Shown piece by piece: positions 20,370 through 29,310 of a stretch of DNA of 64,000 nucleotides. This DNA comes from Flavobacteriales bacterium (GTDB lineage: Bacteria; Bacteroidota; Bacteroidia; Flavobacteriales; UBA7312): positions 78,851-142,850 of the forward strand of contig JBMHBP010000004.1 of the NCBI GenBank assembly GCA_049890295.1. Direction: 5' to 3'. The notes below the pieces were generated by a model. The model saw only the letters and a program-made list of their open reading frames with translations, did no database searches and was not told the origin of the DNA. The stretch's first letter is position 1, and each line of letters starts with the position of its first letter. Position numbers and translations under genes: made by a program.

Positions 20370-22643
20370 TTAATGAACAATTACCTTTATTTTTTCCTGT
20401 TCGACCTCTAAAAAGTAGACTCCTTTACTTAAGTTGTAATCAAAAGAAAACGTATTTAATCCTTCAGTTAAATTTAAACTTTTAGTGAACAATTGTCTAC
20501 CTTGTAGGTCAATAATTCTACAGTAATTTATTTCTGACGTATTCGAATACAGTTCAAAAATAAACTTACCGTTATTTGGATTTGGATACAAAGCGTATTT
20601 TAAATCTGTAATATCATTAATGGAAGTTGACGTACATGCTAATTGACAAGCAGCTAATGAATTATATGTCCCGCTACCATCCATTGGGTCAACACAGGCT
20701 TCATTTACACAATTAAAAGATGGTTCAACAGCATTTTCTAACTCATTCAATCTTTGATGAAACTCTTGATAAAATTGGTTAGTAATACTTGCATCATGAA
20801 TTATAATTGTGTTTTCATCATTATTCGTTTCAGCTGCACCAGACCAATTGTGAGAGCCAGTTACTACAGTAGGATCAGAGTCAACATTTGCGTGATCAAT
20901 GATGCAGTACTTATGATGAAAAATATCATCAACTTCTTGATGAGATAGTACGTTTGCACCCAGCTCTGTTAGGTATTCGTATTCTGATCCTTGTGTATTT
21001 ACTTGCTCAATAATACCATTTACCTCAACGCCTAAATTATATTGATCCTCAATAGCCCAAGCTAATTGATTGTTTGTAAAAACTAATAAACCAAAGTCAA
21101 TTTCATAATCGGCAGTTTTAATAGCATTTACAATATTAGTGGTCGTATTATCGGAAGGAGAAAAATAGACCTCAAATGGCTGACCGTTAACAGTGAAATG
21201 ATGTGGCGTATTGTTCTTCTTATTAGCTCCAAATTTTGCATTTGAAGCGTTGGGATTGTCGCCATCACTACCCCACATTTCATTGAATTCAATTTCAAAC
21301 GTTCTGGCTACTGATTGGTCTTGAATCATTACTAAATGGTTAGGGTCATCAAATATTTGACCACTTGTCCAGTTGGTAGATCCTGTTAAAACCCAGCAAC
21401 TATCAAAAACATTCGCATCAACAACAATAAATTTATTGTGCATTATACCCATTCCTTCTGGTCTTTCTAGCACTGGAATACCATCATTTAAGCTGCCAAG
21501 TGCCAGTGTTGCGGTTGATTCACAAGTAATATAACGGACTCTTACTCCTCTGTTATAAGCATCATTGATTGCTGATGTGATTAAGCCATCAGAGTGGTTG
21601 TAAACAGCTACGTCTAAAGTGTGTTGTGCTTTATCTATGTAAGCTTTTATGGAATCGTTAGTGTAAACTCCTGAAACTTGTGCATTTTCGATACTCGCAA
21701 CAGTAGTGTCTACAGAATGATTAAAACAAACTCTTATTTCACCAGACGAGTTTGATATAGTAGCAAAAGGTGTAATTGCGGAATAAGTTGTATCAGTATT
21801 ATCATAAGATATCCCCTGAACATAATATATACTACCAGCTTCTAAATTTTCTAAGCTAATAGAATGATCTGTGGAGGTAAGACCCTCAGAATCTACTAAA
21901 GTACCAAGTTCTAAATCAGCTGTTAAGCCATAACTTAAATCTGAGAATCCTTCTAAATTTGTTGTCCAGCTTATATCAAAACTTGTTGTTGTGACATTTG
22001 TTTGGACTAGTGGTGTTAATAAGCAAATTCCTTGTTCATACACAAAATCATTCATATCTCTGATCAGAAGTTGATAGCCATCATTACCAGTAAATGAATA
22101 CTGAGAAGATATGGCAATAATTGTCGCCGGACATGATGGGATAGTTTGACCTTCTAATTCTGAGTCTGCTTTAACGTAAATAATACCTTCTTCATCGTTG
22201 GCAGAAAAGGTGTGTGTACCGACGCTAAATACTTGCCCTGGATTATCGAAAATAGCATTTTCAATACTTATAAGTTCTGCTTCAGTGTCTTCTCCAATTT
22301 GTGAAGCAAAAATTATTGTTGGTTCAACAGTATAACCACTACCATGCACTGTTAAATCACTTATGGGTTGAAGTTCTAGTAATCCATTATAATCGACTAA
22401 TACTCCAGTTACTGTAATACTATCACCTCTACTGACACCACTCATCACATCTGGATCATACAATGCAATTCCGGCTGTTGCATCTTCAATGTATCGAATT
22501 GGTCCTAGTTCATCACCATTGGTTATAATTCCGCTTATAGTAACGGTCGAATTTAGAGCTTGCTGTCTAGCAGTTGCAATATCTTGAGCAATAATCTGAA
22601 AAGTACTTGTAAGTAGTGTAAAAATAATGAGGATAGCTTTCAT
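20370..22643 (-). CDS. T9SS-secreted PLD-superfamily (tandem HKD) enzyme with N-terminal OB-fold pair and FN3-like domain
   Basis: Signal peptide; OB-type GDSITVTG.LVDYNG.LEL and YQL.IRD..DF; HNKFIVVD...GSTN and HHKYCIID...GSHN; type-A CTD LYPNP...DLQGR...KGVYFL. Confidence 0.85.
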   Translation of the reverse strand: MKAILIIFTLLTSTFQIIAQDIATARQQALNSTVTISGIITNGDELGPIRYIEDATAGIALYDPDVMSGVSRGDSITVTGVLVDYNGLLELQPISDLTVHGSGYTVEPTIIFASQIGEDTEAELISIENAIFDNPGQVFSVGTHTFSANDEEGIIYVKADSELEGQTIPSCPATIIAISSQYSFTGNDGYQLLIRDMNDFVYEQGICLLTPLVQTNVTTTSFDISWTTNLEGFSDLSYGLTADLELGTLVDSEGLTSTDHSISLENLEAGSIYYVQGISYDNTDTTYSAITPFATISNSSGEIRVCFNHSVDTTVASIENAQVSGVYTNDSIKAYIDKAQHTLDVAVYNHSDGLITSAINDAYNRGVRVRYITCESTATLALGSLNDGIPVLERPEGMGIMHNKFIVVDANVFDSCWVLTGSTNWTSGQIFDDPNHLVMIQDQSVARTFEIEFNEMWGSDGDNPNASNAKFGANKKNNTPHHFTVNGQPFEVYFSPSDNTTTNIVNAIKTADYEIDFGLLVFTNNQLAWAIEDQYNLGVEVNGIIEQVNTQGSEYEYLTELGANVLSHQEVDDIFHHKYCIIDHANVDSDPTVVTGSHNWSGAAETNNDENTIIIHDASITNQFYQEFHQRLNELENAVEPSFNCVNEACVDPMDGSGTYNSLAACQLACTSTSINDITDLKYALYPNPNNGKFIFELYSNTSEINYCRIIDLQGRQLFTKSLNLTEGLNTFSFDYNLSKGVYFLEVEQEKIKVIVH

Positions 22644-22652
22644 ATTTAAAAT

Positions 22653-25454
22653 TTAGAATGTCAATTTAGCTGACAGGTTAATACGACGTCCCATACCAAA
22701 GAATACACCAGCTGACTTAGCGTCAAAATCAGAATAATTAGCGTTATAAGGATCGTTATTTTGGGCGTCTGAAATATAAATTTCGTTCAGAGCATTGAGG
22801 ATACTCATACGAAAATCTATTTTAGATTTTTTATTGAGTTTTAGGGTATATCCAGCATGAAAATCAACCAACTGATAGGCTGGTATTTTCCATGATTCTC
22901 GACCAGCATTTTCACCGTCTAATGAAAGTGGATCGAAATCGGAATAATAGTCATCAAAATGAGTAGCTCTAGCTTTGAGGTATATATTGTCAATAGGTTC
23001 GTACCGTACACTTAATCCTAATTGTGTTTGGGCAGCGTCACCAACATGAACTCCAGTAGCATCAAATGATTCAATGACCTCATTGCCAAAATCATCGATA
23101 ACAGGGTCGTTATTATCATCATAAAAACGAACGCTATCCTTTGATTGCCATGTCCAATCTCCTAAAGACATTAGCCCCTCTAGAGTAAGTTTATTATTCA
23201 GTCGTAGTGCCATATCCATTTCGATCCCTTTGTGTAAGGCATCCATTCCGTTGATGTTGGCTCGTACAGGTTCATCATCTACTAAAATTGATACGCCACC
23301 ATTAGATGGTTTGTTTTCCCATCGTGTATAGTAGCCGTTTAGGTTGGCAGAAAATAGGGATGAGCGATAGGAATATCCACCTTCTACTGCTTTGACAATT
23401 TCATTTTCGATATCACGATACAAATTGTTGGAATAATCGTAAATATTATTAAAACGAGGGGCTTTGGAAATATACCCTACATTAAAAAACACATTGTGGT
23501 TTAGATTAATGTTATAATTCGCTCCTGTTTTTAATGTAAAACCCTTAATCCATTTCCAAGAAGTTTCAGCACGTCTAGCTTGTGCTGAATTCATTGTGTA
23601 AGCTACACCGTTGTGAATAATGGTATCTTCTATCATGCTTTTTACAGCTCCTATAATGGCACCATTTTCATCGTAAATAATTTCTGTAATAACAGAAGTT
23701 CCTAGAGCTTCTACATAAGTAGTGTCTTCTAACACAAGATCTTTTTTCTTAAAATAATCTATACGTTTATAAGCAGAATTTGATCCAGAAATATTCAAAA
23801 AAGCACTAAGTTTTCCATCGCTGTATTCAGCCTGAGAAAATAGTCCTGACCATTTTACTATCCCATCGTTATGATATCTAATTTTATCGCCGACACGTTT
23901 AATTTGAGTATTCTGAAGTTTGTTGTCTTCATCAATGACATAGTCACCACCCAATAAATCATACACTTCTCTATAATGTTCACCTCTGTAAGATCGAAAA
24001 TCCAGCCCCCCTGAAAAAGTAAATTCCTCATTCATTTGGTAATTAATAGTGGATAGCCCGCCATACCAGTAATGATTATTGATTGAGCTTAACAGAAAAT
24101 TATTAGACTCCAATTCATTATCGCTAAAAAGAGGGTTGACATTATTCTTGTTAAGGTCGTAGGCGTCTTGAAAATTGTATTGACCATTTTGGTCATAATT
24201 GTCTGAGTTACTGCTGATATTAGTTCCGCCACCATTTCCAATTGATAAATAAGCAATATTTGAGATATAAAACTTATCACTTACGGCCCAAAAATCACGT
24301 AGTGAAAATTGAGGTTTATGGTAATAGTTTTTCTTGGTATTCAATACTTCCTTATTTCTAAGGGTATCACCATTTGAATTTAGCTCCCAACGGTCAAGGT
24401 GTCCCCAGTGCTTATTATAACTGATACCTTTGTTGTTTATGTCGCCAAATAAAGTATCGTTTATTCCCAGTTCTGAAGCATATTCTGTTGAATAGGTGGC
24501 AATATCGCTTTTATATGAACGTTGACCATGTTGCTGTGGCGCACCTAAAGCGGATAAACTTAGAGTATGTTTGCCTATAGTTTTTTGAACTTTTGCATAG
24601 TAGAAAAATCCCTCACTAAATGTTTCTTCAACAAAACCATACCCTCTTTTGTATGAGCCTGCAAAAGTAAGTCCCCAGCCATTTTTTAATTTTCCTGAAT
24701 TATAACCTACAGTGGTTCGTAGTTTTCCATAGGAATCGACTTCTTGTTTTATACTTCCACCCTTTCGATTTTCAATACCTTTGGTAAGCAGATTCATTGT
24801 GCCACCAACGGAAGGTATTGCAATTTTAGAAGCACCTAATCCTCTCTGAACCTGAATATTACTAGTCACTGCATCTAATCCAAACCAATTTGACCAATAG
24901 ACCCAGCCATTTTCCATATCATTTACTGGAATACCATCTATCATAACCGCTACATTCCTTTGGTTGAAACCACGAATAGTTATTCTAGCATCACCATCTC
25001 CGCCACCTTGTTGTGTAGCATATACTCCTGGAGTAGAGTTTAGTACCATTGGAATATCCTGAGAGGCTAGCTCCTCATCGATTTTTTTGAGAGGAATGGT
25101 AGAAAAAGCTACAGGTGTTTTTCTGTCTATAGCTACATCAGCCACCACTTGAACTTCATTCAATACAATAGTATTTAGCCCTATATTTAGTTGAATGGGT
25201 TTTCCTTCCAGCTTTAAATTTTTAGTAACTTTCTGATAACCAACATAAGAAATACTAACGTCAATTGTTTTAGCTGAAGATTCAAAGCTGAAATTCCCAT
25301 CAAAATCAGTAACTATACCTTTACCGTCAAAGGCTATAGTTGCCCCAAATAGAGGCTCATTTGTTGTATTATCAATTACGTTACCTTTTATTTTAGTCTG
25401 ACCAAAAGTAGAAATAGATAATACTAGACTAGCAATTAGAATAATATGCCTCAT
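22653..25454 (-). CDS. TonB-dependent receptor with N-terminal carboxypeptidase-regulatory-like domain (non-SusC type)
   Basis: Signal peptide, GNVID..TNEPLFGATI...TDFDGNF, plug IRGF.QRN.AVMIDGIPVND...QRGLGAS...GGT.N, C-terminal GRRINLSAKLTF. Confidence 0.92.
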   Translation of the reverse strand: MRHIILIASLVLSISTFGQTKIKGNVIDNTTNEPLFGATIAFDGKGIVTDFDGNFSFESSAKTIDVSISYVGYQKVTKNLKLEGKPIQLNIGLNTIVLNEVQVVADVAIDRKTPVAFSTIPLKKIDEELASQDIPMVLNSTPGVYATQQGGGDGDARITIRGFNQRNVAVMIDGIPVNDMENGWVYWSNWFGLDAVTSNIQVQRGLGASKIAIPSVGGTMNLLTKGIENRKGGSIKQEVDSYGKLRTTVGYNSGKLKNGWGLTFAGSYKRGYGFVEETFSEGFFYYAKVQKTIGKHTLSLSALGAPQQHGQRSYKSDIATYSTEYASELGINDTLFGDINNKGISYNKHWGHLDRWELNSNGDTLRNKEVLNTKKNYYHKPQFSLRDFWAVSDKFYISNIAYLSIGNGGGTNISSNSDNYDQNGQYNFQDAYDLNKNNVNPLFSDNELESNNFLLSSINNHYWYGGLSTINYQMNEEFTFSGGLDFRSYRGEHYREVYDLLGGDYVIDEDNKLQNTQIKRVGDKIRYHNDGIVKWSGLFSQAEYSDGKLSAFLNISGSNSAYKRIDYFKKKDLVLEDTTYVEALGTSVITEIIYDENGAIIGAVKSMIEDTIIHNGVAYTMNSAQARRAETSWKWIKGFTLKTGANYNINLNHNVFFNVGYISKAPRFNNIYDYSNNLYRDIENEIVKAVEGGYSYRSSLFSANLNGYYTRWENKPSNGGVSILVDDEPVRANINGMDALHKGIEMDMALRLNNKLTLEGLMSLGDWTWQSKDSVRFYDDNNDPVIDDFGNEVIESFDATGVHVGDAAQTQLGLSVRYEPIDNIYLKARATHFDDYYSDFDPLSLDGENAGRESWKIPAYQLVDFHAGYTLKLNKKSKIDFRMSILNALNEIYISDAQNNDPYNANYSDFDAKSAGVFFGMGRRINLSAKLTF

Positions 25455-25474
25455 TTGAAAATTAAGGTTTTAAC

Positions 25475-26392
25475 TTACTTTATTAAGATTGAGGTCGTTT
25501 GAACGGTGTTATCATTAAAGGTTAATGATAAAATATAAAGCCCTTTCTCAATATCTCTGGTATTTAATTGATGTTTTGTTGTTGAGCTAGATCTTGTAGT
25601 AATATTAACTTCCTGTCCTAGAATAGAAAATAACTTAATTGTTTCAATCGATTTTTTAGCTTGAACAGTTACAATTTGACCTTTTACTGAAGGGTTAGGG
25701 TAGGCGACAAAACTACTCATCTCATTCTCATTGATATTGGCAGGGTTGCCGTTACAATCACAATCATGAGTTCCAAGTTCAGACCATGTGTTAATAGACA
25801 AGGAATCCCATTCTGTTGAAGGATTAAATAGGACAGGATTTGTACTTACGCCACTTTTGACACTAGCTTTTCTTACTAGTGTATGATTTTTTGTCCACCA
25901 TGCACCATTATTTGCATCAGTAAATCCAGCAGTAGCGTCGTCAGTCCATGCGTCACCAGGATCTTCTCCAATTTTTCCGACAATATCAATCAAGGTGCCA
26001 TTTTTTGATAGAGCGATAACATCATTTCCGTTCATATATAATGGGGAAGGATATTCTGGAGCCCATTGATCAGCCATATTGTATAATTCCACTTCAATGT
26101 AGCCAAATTCATTAGCCGAGTTGGTGTCAGCGTTAGTAACTACCCATGTACCATAAGCGTCAATACTGCCAGATAATGTCATGTCATCAGAAACTGTACT
26201 AGAACCATTGGCATATCGTTCAATCTTATATGCACTTAAATCAATAGGGGATGAGGTAGGGTTATAAATTTCAACAGCTTTGTTGTTTGAAGAGCCTTCT
26301 ACATATTCAGAAATAAATAGTTCAGAACAATCTTGAGCGAATGTTGAGAGTGATAAAAGGCATAAAGCAAATGTTGTTAATGATAACTTCAT
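25475..26392 (-). CDS. T9SS-secreted lamin-tail-domain (LTD) protein with no evident catalytic domain
   Basis: Signal peptide, LFISEYVEGSSNNKAVEIYNPT..IDLS.Y, NGNDVIAL, TLVRK, type-A CTD AYPNP...SILGQ...KGLYIL. Confidence 0.85.
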   Translation of the reverse strand: MKLSLTTFALCLLSLSTFAQDCSELFISEYVEGSSNNKAVEIYNPTSSPIDLSAYKIERYANGSSTVSDDMTLSGSIDAYGTWVVTNADTNSANEFGYIEVELYNMADQWAPEYPSPLYMNGNDVIALSKNGTLIDIVGKIGEDPGDAWTDDATAGFTDANNGAWWTKNHTLVRKASVKSGVSTNPVLFNPSTEWDSLSINTWSELGTHDCDCNGNPANINENEMSSFVAYPNPSVKGQIVTVQAKKSIETIKLFSILGQEVNITTRSSSTTKHQLNTRDIEKGLYILSLTFNDNTVQTTSILIK

Positions 26393-26423
26393 AGGTTGAG
26401 TGTTTTAAATTAAGAATTAGTGT

Positions 26424-26431
26424 CAAAAATA
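26424..26431 (-). promoter_or_regulatory. -7 element for the LTD-TBDR-PLD operon
   Basis: TATTTTTG on the minus strand, 31 nt before the ATG at 26392. Confidence 0.5.
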
Positions 26432-26579
26432 TATTATTTAATGTAATTATCACTAACTTAAATTTAAGGAAATAAATAAATGTGTATTAAGATTTTGTAA
26501 AAAGTTGATATTTATTACAATAACTGTATAGTATTTAGCATTACATTTTCGCTATATTTACAATGTAAATCTAGCATAG

Positions 26580-27320
26580 ATGTCAAACAATTTAGTTATA
26601 ATACCAACATACAATGAAAAAGAAAATATTGAGCGAATCATTCGTAAAGTATTTTCTTTTGAATTAGCTTTTGATATACTCATTGTGGATGACGGTTCTC
26701 CTGATGGAACGGCTCAAATAGTCAAAAATCTTCAATCTGAATTTGACTCTTTACATCTCCAGGAAAGGACAGGTAAGCTTGGATTAGGCACTGCCTACAT
26801 TCATGGATTTAAGTGGGCTTTAAATAGGGATTTTGACTACATTTTTGAGATGGACGCTGATTTTTCTCACGATCCTGACGATTTATTAAGATTACATCAT
26901 GCTTGTGCTTCAAACAACGCTGATTTAGCAATAGGATCTCGTTATACAAATGGGGTAAATATTGTGAACTGGCCAATGAGTAGACTACTCATGTCCTTCT
27001 TTGCTTCCAAATACGTAAAATTTGTCACCGGTCTTCCTGTGAATGATTCAACAGCTGGATTTATTTGCTACAAACGATCTGTTTTGGAAACCATTGATTT
27101 AGATATGATTCAGTTTGTAGGCTATGCCTTTCAAATAGAAATGAAATTTAAGGCCTGGCGTTCCGCCTTTACTATAAAAGAAGTGCCAGTTATTTTTACA
27201 GATCGTAAAGAAGGTTATTCAAAAATGGATACTTCCATATTTTTTGAAGCTTTTATTGGCGTGCTACAACTTAAATTCAAAAGTTTTTTTTCCAAACCTA
27301 AACAAAAACCTAATGCTTAA
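26580..27320 (+). CDS. Polyprenol monophosphomannose synthase-like GT2 (Dpm1-like)
   Basis: IIPTYNE, VDDGSPDGT, GLGTAY, EMDADFSHDP, GYAFQIEM. Confidence 0.92.
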   Translation: MSNNLVIIPTYNEKENIERIIRKVFSFELAFDILIVDDGSPDGTAQIVKNLQSEFDSLHLQERTGKLGLGTAYIHGFKWALNRDFDYIFEMDADFSHDPDDLLRLHHACASNNADLAIGSRYTNGVNIVNWPMSRLLMSFFASKYVKFVTGLPVNDSTAGFICYKRSVLETIDLDMIQFVGYAFQIEMKFKAWRSAFTIKEVPVIFTDRKEGYSKMDTSIFFEAFIGVLQLKFKSFFSKPKQKPNA

Positions 27321-28647
27321 AACACTCATTCGAAATGCTCAAATTGTCAATGAAGGGCATTTATATCAATCGGATGTTTTAATTGAAAACGGGATTATTT
27401 CAAAAATCGCTCAAAAAATTGATGTCTACACTGATGAAATAATTGATGCAAATGGAAGCTTATTAATACCCGGTGTGATTGATGATCAAGTTCATTTTAG
27501 AGAACCAGGCTTAACCCATAAAGCTGATATCTATTGCGAGTCGAGAGCAGCTGTTGCTGGAGGAATTACGTCCTACATGGAAATGCCAAATACAGTCCCT
27601 CAAACTCTAACCCAAGACCTTCTGGAAGAAAAATATAACAAAGCGAGTCAAGTTTCACTGGCCAACTATTCTTTTTTTATGGGAGCGTCAAACGATAACT
27701 TAGATGAAGTTCTCAAAACAGACCCAAAAACAGTTGGAGCAATTAAAATTTTTATGGGCTCCTCAACCGGTAATATGTTAGTTGACAATAGGCAGGTTTT
27801 GGAAAAAATATTTCAGAAATCTAAAATGTTGATTGCTGTACACTGCGAAGATGAGGAGACTATTAGAACAAATACAGAAAAAGCCAAAGCACAATTTGGT
27901 GAGGATATTCCTATTAATTATCATCCTGTAATAAGAAATGACGAGGCCTGTTATAAGTCATCGTCAATGGCTATTGAATTAGCTAAAAAATACAATACAC
28001 GCTTACATGTTTTTCATTTAAGTACAGCTAAGGAATTGGACTTATTTAGAAACGATATTCCATTAGAAGAAAAGCGAATTACTGCTGAGGTTTGTATTCA
28101 TCATTTATGGTTCAATGATAGTCAGTACGAAGAGAAGGGAACTCACATAAAATGGAATCCAGCCGTGAAATCAGAATATGATAGATCACAACTTTTTGAG
28201 GCAATGTTAGATGATAGGCTTGATATAATTGCTACTGATCATGCACCTCATACTTTAGATGAAAAAAATAACACCTACCTCAAAGCTCCTTCTGGCGGTC
28301 CTTTGGTTCAACACGCTTTAGTGGCAATGCTAGAGTTCTATCATCAAGGAAAAATAGCTTTAGAAAAGATTGTGGAAAAAATGTGCCATGCCCCGGCTAT
28401 TTGTTTTCAATTAAGTAATAGAGGATTTATTCGAGAAGGGTATGCTGCAGACCTAGTACTAGTCGATTTAAATAAGCCTTGGCAAGTTGAAAAGAAAAAT
28501 ATTTTATATAAATGTGGTTGGTCTCCATTTGAAGGCACTACTTTTAAATCGAAAGTCACTCATACATGGGTAAACGGACATTTAGTTTATAAAGAAGGTG
28601 AATTTGATGAATCTAAAAAGGGAGCTAGGTTGCTATTCGATAGGTAA
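27313..28647 (+). CDS. pyrC: Dihydroorotase
   Basis: DDQVHFREPG, EMPNT.P, KIFMGSSTG, KWNP, ATDHAPH, WSPFEG. Start moved to ATG 27313. Confidence 0.93.
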   Translation: MLKTLIRNAQIVNEGHLYQSDVLIENGIISKIAQKIDVYTDEIIDANGSLLIPGVIDDQVHFREPGLTHKADIYCESRAAVAGGITSYMEMPNTVPQTLTQDLLEEKYNKASQVSLANYSFFMGASNDNLDEVLKTDPKTVGAIKIFMGSSTGNMLVDNRQVLEKIFQKSKMLIAVHCEDEETIRTNTEKAKAQFGEDIPINYHPVIRNDEACYKSSSMAIELAKKYNTRLHVFHLSTAKELDLFRNDIPLEEKRITAEVCIHHLWFNDSQYEEKGTHIKWNPAVKSEYDRSQLFEAMLDDRLDIIATDHAPHTLDEKNNTYLKAPSGGPLVQHALVAMLEFYHQGKIALEKIVEKMCHAPAICFQLSNRGFIREGYAADLVLVDLNKPWQVEKKNILYKCGWSPFEGTTFKSKVTHTWVNGHLVYKEGEFDESKKGARLLFDR

Positions 28648-28675
28648 AAAAAAAAGGGCATTAGCCCCTTTTTTT
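28646..28675. terminator. Bidirectional intrinsic terminator
   Basis: A-tract, GGGC-ATTA-GCCC hairpin, T-tract, between convergent pyrC and the small lipoprotein gene. Confidence 0.7.
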
Positions 28676-28694
28676 AAAATTTGATATACGAAAA

Positions 28695-28901
28695 TTATTC
28701 AGCAGCTTCTTCAGTAGCTGTTGAATCTACTTCCATTTCCTCAGCTACGACTTCAGTAGAGTCAGTCATTACTTCAGTAGTATCAGTAGTAGCCTCAACT
28801 GGAGCAGCTGTGTCTTCAGCTTCAGTGCTTTTTTCAGCAGGAGCACCACAAGCTACTAAGCCCGTTACTGCAATTGCTAGAATGTAAATTAAATTTTTCA
28901 T
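28695..28901 (-). CDS. Small acidic low-complexity lipoprotein (68 aa)
   Basis: MKN plus hydrophobic stretch plus LVAC lipobox; A/E/T/D-rich mature part; own -7 element (TATATTTG, 28927-28934) and terminator. Confidence 0.85.
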   Translation of the reverse strand: MKNLIYILAIAVTGLVACGAPAEKSTEAEDTAAPVEATTDTTEVMTDSTEVVAEEMEVDSTATEEAAE

Positions 28902-28974
28902 TACGTAATATTTAATAATTAAAGTGCAAATATACTCTTATATATGTATTATGAAAGTTGATTACCTTTGATTT

Positions 28975-29310
28975 ATGAATAAATTTCTTTTAATAACTCT
29001 TCTGTTTTTGATAAATTGTAGTGGTCCAGAATCAAATTCTAGAGACTTTATAAGCAAAGATCAAATGACTATAATTCTTAAAGAAAGACAATTAATAGTT
29101 TCTACTTTCAATACCTTTCAGTATGATGGAAAACTGGATGAATCAGTAGTAGATTCTTTATTGTCATCTGTATATTTAGAAATGGGATATTCTGAAAATC
29201 AATTTCAAACAAGTTGGAATTTTTATATGAATGATTCGAAGGGTGAACTTATTGAAATATATGACAGTATCTTACATGAATTAGAGTATGACAAAGAAAT
29301 TACTAGGTAG
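28975..29310 (+). CDS. Lipoprotein, probably DUF4296-like
   Basis: Lipobox LINC, ISKDQM..IL, F..SW.FY, ..IYD.I...L pattern; lies near pyrC, epimerase and tyrS as DUF4296 genes often do in flavobacteria. Confidence 0.6.
   Translation: MNKFLLITLLFLINCSGPESNSRDFISKDQMTIILKERQLIVSTFNTFQYDGKLDESVVDSLLSSVYLEMGYSENQFQTSWNFYMNDSKGELIEIYDSILHELEYDKEITR

Noticed and set aside
20370-22643. PLD-nuclease anti-phage defence system
   Set aside because: The protein has a signal peptide and T9SS CTD, so it is exported, and there is no helicase or methylase partner.
26393-26579. ncRNA or riboswitch in the longer AT-rich intergenic regions (also 5145-5252 and 35315-35538)
   Set aside because: No stable GC-containing stems or recognisable aptamer motifs by eye; an Rfam/Infernal scan would be decisive.
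28681-28887. 68-aa S/A/V/T-rich ORF on the + strand
   Set aside because: Antisense shadow of the lipoprotein gene, which has the lipobox, promoter and terminator.
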